Positions 48,624 to 59,980 are shown, numbered from the stretch's first letter. The stretch is 64,000 nt of DNA from Cladosporium halotolerans (GCF_011745625.1 NW_027191459.1:1-64000), one strand, 5' to 3'. Notes: a model not told the origin generated them from the letters alone. Made by a program: numbers and translations.

Positions 48624-50660
48624 GGTCGTGTGTGATGATGTGGTATCCGTGCTTTATCGCGGTGTCGATAGACGAGATTGTAGTAACAGATCTGATCGCA
48701 AAATGGTGTAGGGCTTTTTGAGGTTGACAGGGACTTGAGTAGAGGCAGGGATTGAAACACCTCCCAGCCAGAGGCGGGACACGAGGGGTAGGAATATGAA
48801 TGATCGCCACGAAACGCGCAAGTAGGTGGGCGTCAGAGGGCTCGCATACAACAAACCCTTCTGGCGTTTGCGCATAGCCTCCACACCCACGTCAGAGCCG
48901 AACCCACAGGGTCCGGCGCCGCGCGGAGACTATCTTTGCCCTGGGCGAGACCCGAGGCCGCACGATATTCGGCTCGACTTGCTAGCTTTCCTTAGTCCTG
49001 TCGCTCCGTCGCTCACTCTCCTCTCTCGAGGCGGTGATCGAAGGGGCTGCTCGCTGCAGGCTGCGGCAAGACAAAATGTGACCGGTCGCGCGCGAGTCCA
49101 GACCTGTGCAGATTGCAGACGTCTGGCGCAAATGGGTGAGGCGGCAGGATTGCGGCGGGCGCTCTGCACCGTGCTGCACACGTGGTTGGTGCTGGGCGGT
49201 GGCACAGCCGTTCTTCCTCCTCGGCGTGAGGGAAGGCCGCGGAGAGGGGAGGGTGGAAAGGATGTTCCAGACCTGCATAAGACTGCGCGGAGCAATCTCA
49301 TAGTGTCTTGCGTAGATCATGGCGACGCGCCATGTGCCGTACCTGTGCCGCCCTTGCGTCTGTCGCATGTCGGTTCTGTTTCGGGCCATGTCGACCGTGG
49401 CTCGCACATCCATTTCGAGCGTCTCCGGAACATGCAGCCTGGCTCGACTGCGGTACTGGGTGCAGAGGGCGAGCCAGCCAGCGCACAGCCGATAGTGGCA
49501 AAGACGCAGTCGGCCGACACACGCCGGTACGCGACGTATCCGACCGCGGCAACAATACACGACTTTGTCATTGAGTTGGTGGCGGTGCCGCCTGGCTACC
49601 ACGGCTGCAGGCACACACTTTCCACGCTCGCGTCGCGTCGCCAGTCGTCGAGTGTTTGTTGCGCGGCGGCGAGGCTGATGCAGCCATCCGCCGCCTTCCA
49701 TCCGCTGGACGCGAGCCGGCCTTCCATGCGCCGGGAAGTCAGCATGGCATTGCGAACGACGCGCTCAGCACCGTAAACAAAGCAGGCCAAGTCACGACTC
49801 TCACTGCCGTCTATCCCGACGGCCTCCCGGCTCACCGCAAAAGCTTCAGCGCCGCATCCGGCGGAGGCTCAAAGTCAGCGTTGGTATACTTTGCAGCTGT
49901 GGGTTTCCCGCACGCTCGTGACCTGCAAATTGCAGAGGGACGTCACGCGCCTATCGAACTTCATGGAGGCATCGAGCTTTTCGAGCTTCTCGGGCTAGTT
50001 TATATGCAGAGGGGGATCAGCTATGCTGCTATTGCTTGATATATGATGAGCGATATGGCCTTTTTCAGAAGCAGATGATCTTGTCGGACGGTGCGCCGGT
50101 GTTAGCGTCGCTACTGTCAGCCCGTTCATGACTCTCTATGTTTGCAGACTCTGGAGCTCGCTGTCAGTAGGTAGCCGATGGCGTGATACAGTACCTAGGT
50201 ATGCCTCGGCTTGAGAGCGTACAGCAGGATTCCAGAAGCCTATTGTGAAGAGCGTGAGCGAACCACCCGGAGATCTCCCATGGTCGGAAATCGGATGACA
50301 GAATGAGTCGCGAGAATTTCACTAATCTTGACCGCTGCACAAAGTACGGGGGCATGTATTCACATATATTTGACGTGAGGATATCTGCTGACCCCGACGC
50401 AACTTCAATCACGTGTTGATGACGAGACTTGCGAAATTGGTGCTCTTCGGCGCTCATAGTCAAGCGAGGTGAATTAGTGGCAAGGTTATGCGGCTGTCGA
50501 GGAAGCGTACAATTTTAATGGACACCTCATGCTTCAATGGTGCTGCCGGTGCGATGACATTGCATGTCGAAGGGGTGGTGTGCGAAGAATCATCATGTTG
50601 TTGCTTTATATTTACGTTAGATGGCAAAGTCGTCATCAATTTCAAGCTTGAGCTTGACCA

Positions 50661-50788
50661 AGCTGAGTGGCGCAGCGGAAGCGTAAGTTCACTCTCCGAG
50701 TTCGAATCTCATCTGAACCAATTCTAACAACCACATAGGCGCCGGGCTCATAACCCGGAGGGCAATGGATCGAAACCATTCTCAGCTA
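50661..50788 (+). tRNA. Initiator tRNA-Met(CAT), interrupted in the D-stem by a 56-nt GT-AG intron-like insert (50683-50738)
   Basis: Joining 50661-50682 to 50739-50788 gives AGCTGAG TG GCGC AGCGGAA GCGC G CCGGG CTCATAA CCCGG AGGGC AATGG ATCGAAA CCATT CTCAGCT A (72 nt). All four stems are fully Watson-Crick paired. Initiator hallmarks are present: A1:U72, GGG/CCC anticodon stem, A54 and A60. Confidence 0.93.
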
Positions 50789-50790
50789 CA

Positions 50791-50807
50791 TTTCTTTTTG
50801 TTTTTTT
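50791..50807 (+). terminator. RNA polymerase III oligo-T terminator of the tRNA-iMet gene
   Basis: TTTCTTTTTGTTTTTTT begins 3 nt after the discriminator base. Confidence 0.8.
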
Positions 50808-51081
50808 GGCCCCTTCTACTTTCTACGTTTCATGCAAGCCCTCCTACGAAGGATTTATTGTTGATTTTTTTTGTATCCTCTAGCAAAGTTTCTCCGTTGC
50901 GCCAACGATCTCAAGACATTCATAATCAGACATTCATTACATGTAAACAGGGCTATAGAAAGGCAAGCCACATGACCAGTGAGAGCGGATATACTTGCAA
51001 TTTCATGGAATCCTCTATACCAATAATCAAAAGGCCTTTGGTGAGATTGCAGCTACCAAGGCGTAGTCTATTGTCTAGAAA

Positions 51082-52688
51082 CTATTGCACCGTACACATA
51101 CCAGCATCCCCAGAAGTATCGCTCTCCTCGTCAGCGACAGCCACGCCACCACTCGCGTTCAATCTCGCAGCGATATACGCCGTCCGAAGTCTAGTTCCAA
51201 TCTCAACCCAGTGCGCGTTCCCAAAATCCCCTTCGTAATCCACAAGCAGCTCGAGCAAATCATCCCGCGTCGCCTCCTCTTCCGCCGCCATGTACGCGGC
51301 CACCAGACACAGCGGAATGTGACTCGCGCCCAAAGGTCTGGACGACGAGGCTTCGCGCGCGAGCGAGACGGCGTCGCAGCAGAAGCGCACGCTGTCTGCG
51401 GTCAGGGAGAAATCTGAAGGATCGAGCACGGAGAGGACGGCGTTGCAGGTGATGCAGATGCCGAGGAGGAGGCTTCGGGCTACTTGGAGCAGGGGCTTCA
51501 TTTTCCGCGCGAGCGCGGTTGCTGACGGATCTGGGCTGGAGGACGCGAGGTCGGAGAACGTGGCTTGCCGCGCCATGACCTCCTCGCTGTCGAGGCAGGC
51601 GCAGTAGTACAGGCTTTCGATCTCGAGGAGGTTTGCGCGCGGTGCTCGGAGGAGGTCGGGGAAGCCCGCGAGGGTTTCTAATGTGATTGTGTTGCGTGGG
51701 AGGCCGTCGGTTGGTGGGCCAAAGGGGACCTTCCCGTTTTGGGGTTTGGCGGGACCACTGTGGATTGAGAGGTTTGCGCGATACCACGGGTGCAGTTTGA
51801 TGGTGGGGTCGAAGATTGATTCCAGGATCTGATCAATGTGTGAGGTTTTCGGAAGAGTACATGTATAGATCAATGTGCACTCACCACCACCATACACATG
51901 GAGGTCAGCACCTGGTGCTCGAAGCCTTCGCCCAATTGATGTACGGGGAACTTGCCGGCGACGGCATTGAGGACTTGAGCAACGGCTTTGCCATGGCGTA
52001 TCATCTCATCTCCGGGCTTTGCAATCCAATTCTACGTATCCAATCAACGACCTGTTCAAAGTAAAGCTGATGGACAACATACCTGGCAAATAAGCACAAA
52101 ATAGATGGCGCAAAGTAGTTCCACGATCTGGTCTTTGTTGGGTGAGCTCAAGGACTTCCTGAGCACTCGCAAGGCACGCCCATACTGGGCTAGAGCTTCA
52201 TAAGAAGGCTGTCGGTTGTACACTGCGGGATAGGTGCATATCAGAGCCGATGCAGATGCATCAAGAGCCGGATGAGCACCCAGACGTTTAGGGATCTCGC
52301 CTAAAAAAACGCCGTAGCAAGATAGATCAAACCTGGGATCTTTGACGCCCAGACCAGTGACAAAAGAGCCGATGAGGAGCGTTGCCTCATTTGAAGGTGG
52401 TGGCGATGGCTTGAACAGCTTCGCGACACCCTTCCCTTCTGGCGATCTCCGCTCTCTCTTGACGACAGTCCCCTCTTCGATCTGTACGAACTTGAATCGA
52501 CGCTGTCCGCTTCCCAGACAGGTAAGGCCTAGCCGTTTGCATCGCGCACAGGAAGGCTGCTGCCCATCGCACTAATAAGCGAAGCTTTAGTAAAAGGTGT
52601 CGTGGCACTCCACTCGAGACGGCAGCCTGACCTTCTTCTTCTGCTTGCGACAGGCGTCACAACCACGGCCCGATGGCACACCGGGCAT
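51082..52688 (-). CDS. Zn(II)2Cys6 fungal transcription factor
   Basis: MPGVPSGRGCDACRKQKKK|CDGQQPSCARCKRLGLTC after removing intron 52572-52631. Further introns at about 52032-52082 and 51850-51884 link to the 271-aa C-terminal frame. Confidence 0.88.
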
Positions 52689-53231
52689 TCTACTGCGCTG
52701 CGTGCTACCGCAATGGGGCACCAAGACGGCGTGTGAGATGCATGTGTACCATGGAGGAGTACTTCGAATCTTACATTATTGAGACCGAAGGTGTCTGGGG
52801 TACAAAGCGGTGCGGCTGAGAGCTGAGTGCTCGCGTTCGTCAAGGGTCCACTAATTGCGACAATACTGGCCAAGGTCCATACCCAAAGGACCAGGTAGCG
52901 CCAAGAGCGGCGCAAGCGACCTCTTTGGGCATGAGTGGGTCGAAGGAATACAGCACCACCTCATGGCCGCGCTTGGGAACGTCATTGGACCCATCTAATT
53001 TTTCGCCTTATGTATGGCACACCGACCGATGATTCTACCACAGCCACAATCGACTTGACATGCCACAGGCACTAGAAGAATGTGACCACAGCGAGTAGGA
53101 TCAGTGTACGCACGATGAGAAGCAATCTAACACATTTCGAACTTGACAATGGATCAAAACCTTTAATAAAGACTATGCTACGTATCAAGCCACTGGAAAT
53201 TCATTCAGCGTCTCGTTACTGTATCACACCC

Positions 53232-54833
53232 TCAGGCCGCCGCCGCCGCCTCGCCACTGCCCGCCGCCATCTCCCACGGACCCATATCAGGCTTACACCG
53301 GGACCCAACATTCGGCAGCACGCCGTCCTTGAAATAAGCCTGCAGATGCCTAGCAACACACTTCGAAGGCGAGACCGCCAATCCGTGTCCATAGCCACTG
53401 TGCGCCAGCACCATGCTGCCCTTGAACCCCGCGCTCGCAGCATACGCATTCGCGATCGGAGTGACGGGGTCGAACTCGCCGTTGACGTACAGGATCGGGT
53501 GCTTCGTCGTCGCGTCGAAGTCGCCCGTGTACCGCTCTTTCGCGTCCATCCGCCAGCGCGCGGATGGCCAGAGGCTCACGTACTGCGCGCTCCAAGAGCT
53601 GACGCGCGACTGGCGCTCGACTTGCGGGAGGTACTCTGCGCTGCTGTTCGTGCGCCACAGGGCGTCGCTGCCGCGGATGCCCATGACGGCCCAAGTTGCG
53701 CCGAGGTTGTAGGGTTCTATGGCGGTGGTGGTGTTGAGGAGGGGGGAAGCTGTGCTCGATCCGTTCAGGACGCCTGTGAGGAAGTCTGCGAGCAATGGCC
53801 AGGTTGCGGGATAGTAGAGAGGGCCGAACACTGCGCTTGTGCTGCCGCTGTAGAGCTGCCAGGCGAGATTGCTTGAATTTGCGCTTTGCGCGAATGGGTC
53901 GAGGTAGTCGTTCAGCGGCTCGAGCATGTCGTTGATGGAAGTTGCGTTGGTGAACTGCGCCAGCGAGCAGTTCGGTTTGTTCGCCAGGCATTCGTCCAGG
54001 AAGCCCTCGACGGCTTTGTCTGCGTCGCGGAGGAAGTCTCCGTAATGCCCGGCCTGGTAGTCGGTGGGAAGGAGGTTTCCGTCGAGCACCATGCGATCCA
54101 CTCTGTCCGGGAACATCGCTGCCGCGTAGGATCCGAGGACCGTACCGTATGACCAGCCATAATAGCGGAGCATCCCGTCCTCGCCCAGCGCGTCGACAAT
54201 GTTCATCATATCGCGCGCGGTGAATGCAGTGCCGATGTACTGGCCGGTCTGGTTCATGGAGGCGTAGCATGCGTCTGCGATGTCGCCGGCAGAGTCCCAG
54301 CCGTAGTTGAGAAAGTAGTCCGTGAGGTTCGCGCTGGCGATTCCTGAATAGTCACGCTTACTATGACCTTGAGGTGTCGAAAGCATTAGGGCATCCATCC
54401 CGCAATCGAAAGGTAGCGTTTTGCCAGTGCCCCGAGGGTCCCATGACACAAGATTCCATTGCCTGCCGATGTTGGCTGCCATTTGGTCTCCAACGGCAGC
54501 GAGATTCTCAACGCCGGTGCCGCCAGGTCCGCCAAAGTTGATCAGTACCGATCCTAGCACAGGCTCTTCCGTTGCGTTGACTTTGAACAAATCTAGCTGG
54601 AGTTGTTCTGAGGTTTCATCGGTGTAGTCCAGAGGCACTTCGATATGAGCGCAATCAAAGGTGGATCCTTGCACCTGGTTCAATATTGTGATATTCTGGT
54701 TGAGTTCGGGGCAAGCCTGCCAATTGATGCCTCGATTGCCTTGCGACTCTGGTTGCTGAGGCGGCGAGTTTGCTGCCACAATGAAGTCTGCCGCGGCCGA
54801 AGCCACAGCAGCGTTGAAGGCGTCGGTAGACAT
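53232..54833 (-). CDS. Alpha/beta hydrolase, tripeptidyl-aminopeptidase-like (TAP-C domain)
   Basis: Motifs INFGGPGGTG, SWDPRGTG, nucleophile elbow GWSYGT, MVLDG, DPVTP (catalytic Asp) and GYGH (catalytic His). Intronless. Confidence 0.88.
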   Translation of the reverse strand: MSTDAFNAAVASAAADFIVAANSPPQQPESQGNRGINWQACPELNQNITILNQVQGSTFDCAHIEVPLDYTDETSEQLQLDLFKVNATEEPVLGSVLINFGGPGGTGVENLAAVGDQMAANIGRQWNLVSWDPRGTGKTLPFDCGMDALMLSTPQGHSKRDYSGIASANLTDYFLNYGWDSAGDIADACYASMNQTGQYIGTAFTARDMMNIVDALGEDGMLRYYGWSYGTVLGSYAAAMFPDRVDRMVLDGNLLPTDYQAGHYGDFLRDADKAVEGFLDECLANKPNCSLAQFTNATSINDMLEPLNDYLDPFAQSANSSNLAWQLYSGSTSAVFGPLYYPATWPLLADFLTGVLNGSSTASPLLNTTTAIEPYNLGATWAVMGIRGSDALWRTNSSAEYLPQVERQSRVSSWSAQYVSLWPSARWRMDAKERYTGDFDATTKHPILYVNGEFDPVTPIANAYAASAGFKGSMVLAHSGYGHGLAVSPSKCVARHLQAYFKDGVLPNVGSRCKPDMGPWEMAAGSGEAAAAA

Positions 54834-55421
54834 TCTGGGAGAGTGTTGCGAACCGTATTCAGAGGGCTGTGAGAGTTGATGGCAGCTATTGCAGCCATGA
54901 CAGGCTACAATATATTTGTTTGGCAGCGGCGCATGCTTCTGGATGCAGAAGCCAACATCTGACGTAGCCCAAGCACTGCGCCTTGTAAGGATTATTGAGC
55001 CAAGATGCCTCTGCGCACATTAGCAGACCGAAGAAGGATAACTAGCAAATTAACAGAGCCACGATGAAATCCTTCTTGCATCCTATGGGGCTTGGGAGCG
55101 CTAGATGCATCCATATAAAGTTAGCGTCTCGTACAGCCCGCATGAAAGCTGGCTCCGCGCCGTGGAGGTGTCTTAGTGCGAGTCATGGGGACGAGGAATG
55201 ATCACGTGGCACGTCCTGGAGAGAAATGCATGGCTAGCACGAGAGGTGTAAGGTCTCTATGAAATATCGAGGTAGTGTTATGAGTTGATCGTGGCGGGTG
55301 GTAGTCTGCCATTGCTGCCATTTGACATAGTCTTTAATTGCATCTTCATGACGCCAGGAATATCCAGAGGGCCAAATAGGATTGGCGTGCGACCTGGAGG
55401 GCGTTAGATAGCTAAACCGTC

Positions 55422-56564
55422 TTACGGTCTGAACTCCGCTTCCCAATTGAATCCACCTATTTCATCGTCCGTATCAGCTGCCAAAACCCGCCCGCGACTC
55501 TCTACAATACTCCTCACATCCTGTAGCGCCTCCTCAGCACTCTCATACTCTCCCTTCCATGCCTTGACCAGACACGGACCTAACTGCTCTGTCTGCAACA
55601 CCGGCCAATCCTCAAACTTGCCTTCCTGCACGGCTAATTGCTGCGCCCTTCTCTCCTCACGAGTCAAGCGGTGCCGATCATCTAACACCACTTTCTCAGC
55701 TACAGTCAGCCGACGCCTGCGCTTCGACATCAGTTCGTACACCCAACACGCCCAATCGAAAAGGTCCGTTTTCGGTTGTCCGCACTCATCCACACCAAAA
55801 GGTGGATCAACTTGCTGCACATCTGATGGGCCGAAGGGCGAAAGGAGTGCATTCGCTGTCTCCATGTTCCCAGCGGGAATGTCGAGCTCGCGACACGAAG
55901 CTCCGACGAAGGCCGCTACTACGATAGATAGGTCCGGCCGCAGCCATATGCATGAGCCTTGTGGCGCGTTGAGCACAATGCCCTTGCCGTGAATGTAGCG
56001 GCAAGCTGAGAGATATTGCAGCGCCCAGCGCTGGTGAAGAGCCAGGCGGACATCACGTTTCTCGTCTGCGTGAGGGATATTGTCCCAGGACATGGTTAAA
56101 GCCGGGTATTCGATACGGTAGGAAGATTGTGTTGAGCCTAGAAACTTGACCACCCGTTTGCAGCTCGCTTCTCCAGTTTCGAGTCTCTCGTGTATTTTGA
56201 TCGTATAAGCTAGACGGCGGGCAGGTTCAAGATGCACTGGATGTCGGGCGTCATCCTCATAAATGACTTCTCCTGTTTCAGTCTCGGCTACGAACGAAGC
56301 AGGAAAGACCAAGGCGTCACGGCCATTGTTAGCTGGAGCAATACGCCAATCCTCATGCCATTCGTCTAGAAAGTCTGTATCTTCGTCGAAAAGTGCATCC
56401 TTGGGAATTGGGCTGCCACTGTAAGGTCGTCTGCGGTCGCTTTCATGATGAATTCGGGGTGAGTCGTATTTGCGCGCATATTCTGCTGCAGCGACTCTCT
56501 CGTTTTCTTCACGTGGTGATCTGGAATCGTATCCGAAAATACGAGAGATATATCTGCTCAGCAT
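55422..56564 (-). CDS. Protein-kinase-like fold protein, probably a pseudokinase
   Basis: RWALQYLSACRYIHGKGIV, KTDLFDWACWVYELMS and LGPCLVKAWKGEYESAEEALQDV resemble the alphaE, alphaF and alphaH/I segments of a kinase C-lobe. The catalytic HxD and DFG motifs are absent. Confidence 0.6.
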   Translation of the reverse strand: MLSRYISRIFGYDSRSPREENERVAAAEYARKYDSPRIHHESDRRRPYSGSPIPKDALFDEDTDFLDEWHEDWRIAPANNGRDALVFPASFVAETETGEVIYEDDARHPVHLEPARRLAYTIKIHERLETGEASCKRVVKFLGSTQSSYRIEYPALTMSWDNIPHADEKRDVRLALHQRWALQYLSACRYIHGKGIVLNAPQGSCIWLRPDLSIVVAAFVGASCRELDIPAGNMETANALLSPFGPSDVQQVDPPFGVDECGQPKTDLFDWACWVYELMSKRRRRLTVAEKVVLDDRHRLTREERRAQQLAVQEGKFEDWPVLQTEQLGPCLVKAWKGEYESAEEALQDVRSIVESRGRVLAADTDDEIGGFNWEAEFRP

Positions 56565-58102
56565 GGTGTAGTGCGTTGGTTTAGGAGGCTGAGGTCCCCG
56601 GCGAAAGTTCGAAGCCGACTTGAGACTGCCCAATTGTAGCAGCAAGCGTCAAGAGGAAAGAGTAATCCTTGCCGAATAAATACATGATTGGCAAGAAAGG
56701 AGACGATTGGTTGTTGGTAGAATCTATGTCAGTCTACCTCACGGATGAGAACTGCAGCCATCCTGACAAGTGGAAAGTGAGCCTGACGGAAGTTGACTGG
56801 ACGCTGATTGGCGCGGCTGCAGCCGGCGCTAGCTCCGGGACACATCCTTCTCACTTGACAAGACCACGTGACGAGACAATTTTTCCGTTCTACGATGGCA
56901 TGCGCTTGGAGCTCCCATCAGCTGTGAATGGAATCCCGAGGTAGCAGTAGTGAGAAACCATGCTCCTGGCTGATCAAGAACTGTAGAACTCTGATTGGCT
57001 ACTTGGGGGCTGGCGCTAGCTGCGGGCAGTCTCTGTGATGTATCACACGTCACGTGATCAATTTTAGACAAGGGCTGCTAGTCGATCGTACGGCGTGTTA
57101 GAGGATCTGCATGTATTTAAATAGAGCAGAAACATGTATGTTTACTCCCACAAGACACTCGTGTTCCTTTTCATCAGCAGCCTACCATGTTGTCGTCTTA
57201 TCGACTGGGTTACGTCGCATTGCGATCGGGTTCAGGTCACAACCGCACGACGATATTGATCGGCTATCGTCCCACGCGACTAACACAAGGGTCGACGCTG
57301 GGTAGTCGGTAATACTGTGTGAGCCCAGTAGCATACCTGATTGCAGTGAGGATATGGGCACCATCTTCGAAACACTGGCATCTCGAGCAAGTGTCAAATC
57401 TCACAAAGTCCTGAGCTGATGTACTACTTGGAGCGCGACAGGGCTCCTGCGATTGACCGCGCGAATTCAAGTTTGGGGACCATTCGAAGATGAGAATACC
57501 GATTTCAGGAAAAGGACAATTGCCGACGGGCTTCCACCGCTTCTCGCTTGATGAGGCGGAGATAAGTGCGGAGTCGGAGGCGGGGGTGGAGACGATCAGG
57601 GCTAACGGCTCAGGGTTCGGGCTGTCTTTCCACGAGGCACCCACTCACATTTACACTCACACCTTTCCCTTCCAAGTTAAGGTGATCAACCCCAAATGCA
57701 ACCCCGGTTAAATCTCTCGCCTTTTTGACTTGCCGTGCTGACCAGCCGGCGATTCAACACTCATTGTCCGAGTCCCTCGGCTTCTGACTGGCACCCAAAC
57801 CTTGAGGCACGTCATAAAGCTCATCCGGCATACCACGAGGAAGTTGTCGACCGCGGTAAACTTTCGACGGTGAATTGGGGAATTGCCATGAGAGCGCGAA
57901 CTCCACTTCTATCATCCGTGCCCCAGCGACTGTCGGGTTATGTGGTACCGCAGCGGGGTACTATCTTCGCAAAGGTAGGATCTTGACCGGGCCGAGTATT
58001 TCTTAGCCGAGCGGTATAAATGTAGGTCCCAGTCTCGATGTGCCCAGTCCGACTTTCTACTATCAAGCAACCAGCGACATGCCTCACGCAAACATGGAGG
58101 CA

Positions 58103-59980
58103 ATGAAAGCGGCCGCTATCGGCCTACTTCTTTCTGTCCCATCTGCTGTAGACGCACAACAAGTCTACCTAGCAGCCAATGGCTCCACACCGCGGCCTCA
58201 GTGCTCCGAGTGCAGCAGTGGTGAGCCGAGTTACACCTATACGCCTTTCGCCTACAGCATGACATCGACCGTGCGTTATGCGACCTCACGTCCTTCCCCG
58301 ACCACGACCGCTACCTACGCCCCTCCTCCAGAGAGCCTCGTGTCCCTCATTCCGTCTCAGTCATACACGACATGGGGCAAATGGAATCCAACCGCGAATG
58401 CTTCTGCGACAGACGCCAGTGATCCGTACGGCAATGCTGCTTGGACTGCTCTCTGGGTGCATGCCAACCCACCCAATTTTACCCAGGAGGCAACGAGTGC
58501 CATCTTCAGCACCACCATCGAGCCGACTCCGATTCCCTCCTCAGAGCTGGTACTGCCCCCGCGTGACTACTTCGGACCGAGTGATTGCTACAACTTCCCT
58601 CCGGGTTTCGAGTTTGGTGTGGCCAGCTCCGCGAGCCAGATTGAAGGAGCTACTGCGGAAGAGGGCAAGGCTCCGTCTCTGATGGACATCCTTGTCCAAG
58701 ATGAAAGGCCCAAAGACTACACTACGAATTAACACTATTATTACTACAAGCAGGATATTGAGCGAGTCGCTGCCATGGGTGTCAAGCATTTCTCATTCAG
58801 CATTGCCTGGACTCGAATCCTACCGTTTGCTCTTCCCGGAACGCCGGTGAATCAGCAGGGCATTGATCACTACAACGACGTGATCAATTACATTCTTGAG
58901 AAGGGCATGGTTCCAGAGGTCACACTCCTCCATTTCGATACGCCGCTGCAGTTCTTCGGATCCAACTTGACTGCAGCACAGGAGCCACCAGAGATTGGAT
59001 ACGTCAATGGCGCCTACCAAAACGAAACCTTCCCAGACTCTTTTGTGAACTATGCAAAGATCGTGATGAGCCACTACGCGGATCGCGTCCCTGTCTGGTA
59101 CACCTTCAATGAGCCTCTGCTGTACTCCAACAACGGACAATCGATCTACAACGTCATCAAGTCGCACGCCCGAGTCTCTCACTTTTACAAAGACGAGCTA
59201 AAGGGCACCGGCAAGATCGCTCTCAAGTTCAACAACAACTTCGGTGTACCACGCAACCCTGAGAGCGAAGCCGACGTCTACGCCGCAGACCACTTCAACT
59301 CCTTCCAACTCGGCCCCTTCTGCAACCCCATCTTCCTCGGCGAAGACTACCCCGAGTCCTACAAGATGACAATCGCCGACTACGTACCCCTCACACAGGA
59401 AGACCTCGAGTACATGAACGGCACCGCCGACTTCCTCGGCGTCGACCCCTACACCGCGACCGTCATCGCGCCGCCCGTGCCCGACTCCCAAGAGAGCATC
59501 GCCGACTGCGCCGGCAACTCCTCCTCGACCTTCCGCCCCTACTGCGTCAACCAGACGACCACCGACGTCTTTGGCTGGAACATCGGCTACCGCTCGCAGA
59601 GCTACGTCTACATCACGCCCACCTATCTGCGCCTGTATCTCAACTATCTGCACAACACGTGGCGCACGCCCGTCGCCATCACCGAGTTCGGCTTCCCCGT
59701 CTTCGGCGAGGAGGACAAGCTCAGCCTTACCGACCAGCTCTTCGACTCGCCCCGCAGCCAGTACTACCTGAGCTTCATGAGCGAGGTCCTGAAGGCGATC
59801 TGGGAGGATGGCGTCGAGGTCGTTGGCGCCTACGCGTGGTCTTTCGCCGATAACTGGGAGTTTGGCGATTACGCTCAGCACTTCGGTATTCAGACTGTCA
59901 ACCGCACGACGCAGGAGAGGCGGTACAAGAAGAGTTTCTTCGATTTCGTCGATTTCATGAAGGCTAGGGGTGTGGACTAA
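58103..59980 (+). pseudogene. Secreted glycoside hydrolase family 1 (beta-glucosidase) gene with a single in-frame TAA at 58730-58732
   Basis: Signal peptide MKAAAIGLLLSVPSAVDA, then FEFGVASSASQIEGA, N*HYYYYKQDIERVAAMGVKHFSFSIAWTRI, acid/base TFNEP, nucleophile ITEFG and WSFADNWE. Both ORF halves are in the same frame. Confidence 0.75.

Noticed and set aside
48826..49776. 316-aa and 239-aa overlapping ORFs in a GC-rich stretch; also considered as RNase P/MRP RNA
   Set aside because: Arg/Ala/Cys-rich translations in all frames, with no codon bias or motifs. I could not find the conserved P4 helix sequences of RNase P/MRP.
50687..50720. Independent tRNA fragment or SINE suggested by GAGTTCGAATCTC
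   Set aside because: It has no acceptor or anticodon arm of its own and lies wholly within the GT-AG insert of the tRNA-iMet gene, so it is reported as an intronic B-box instead.
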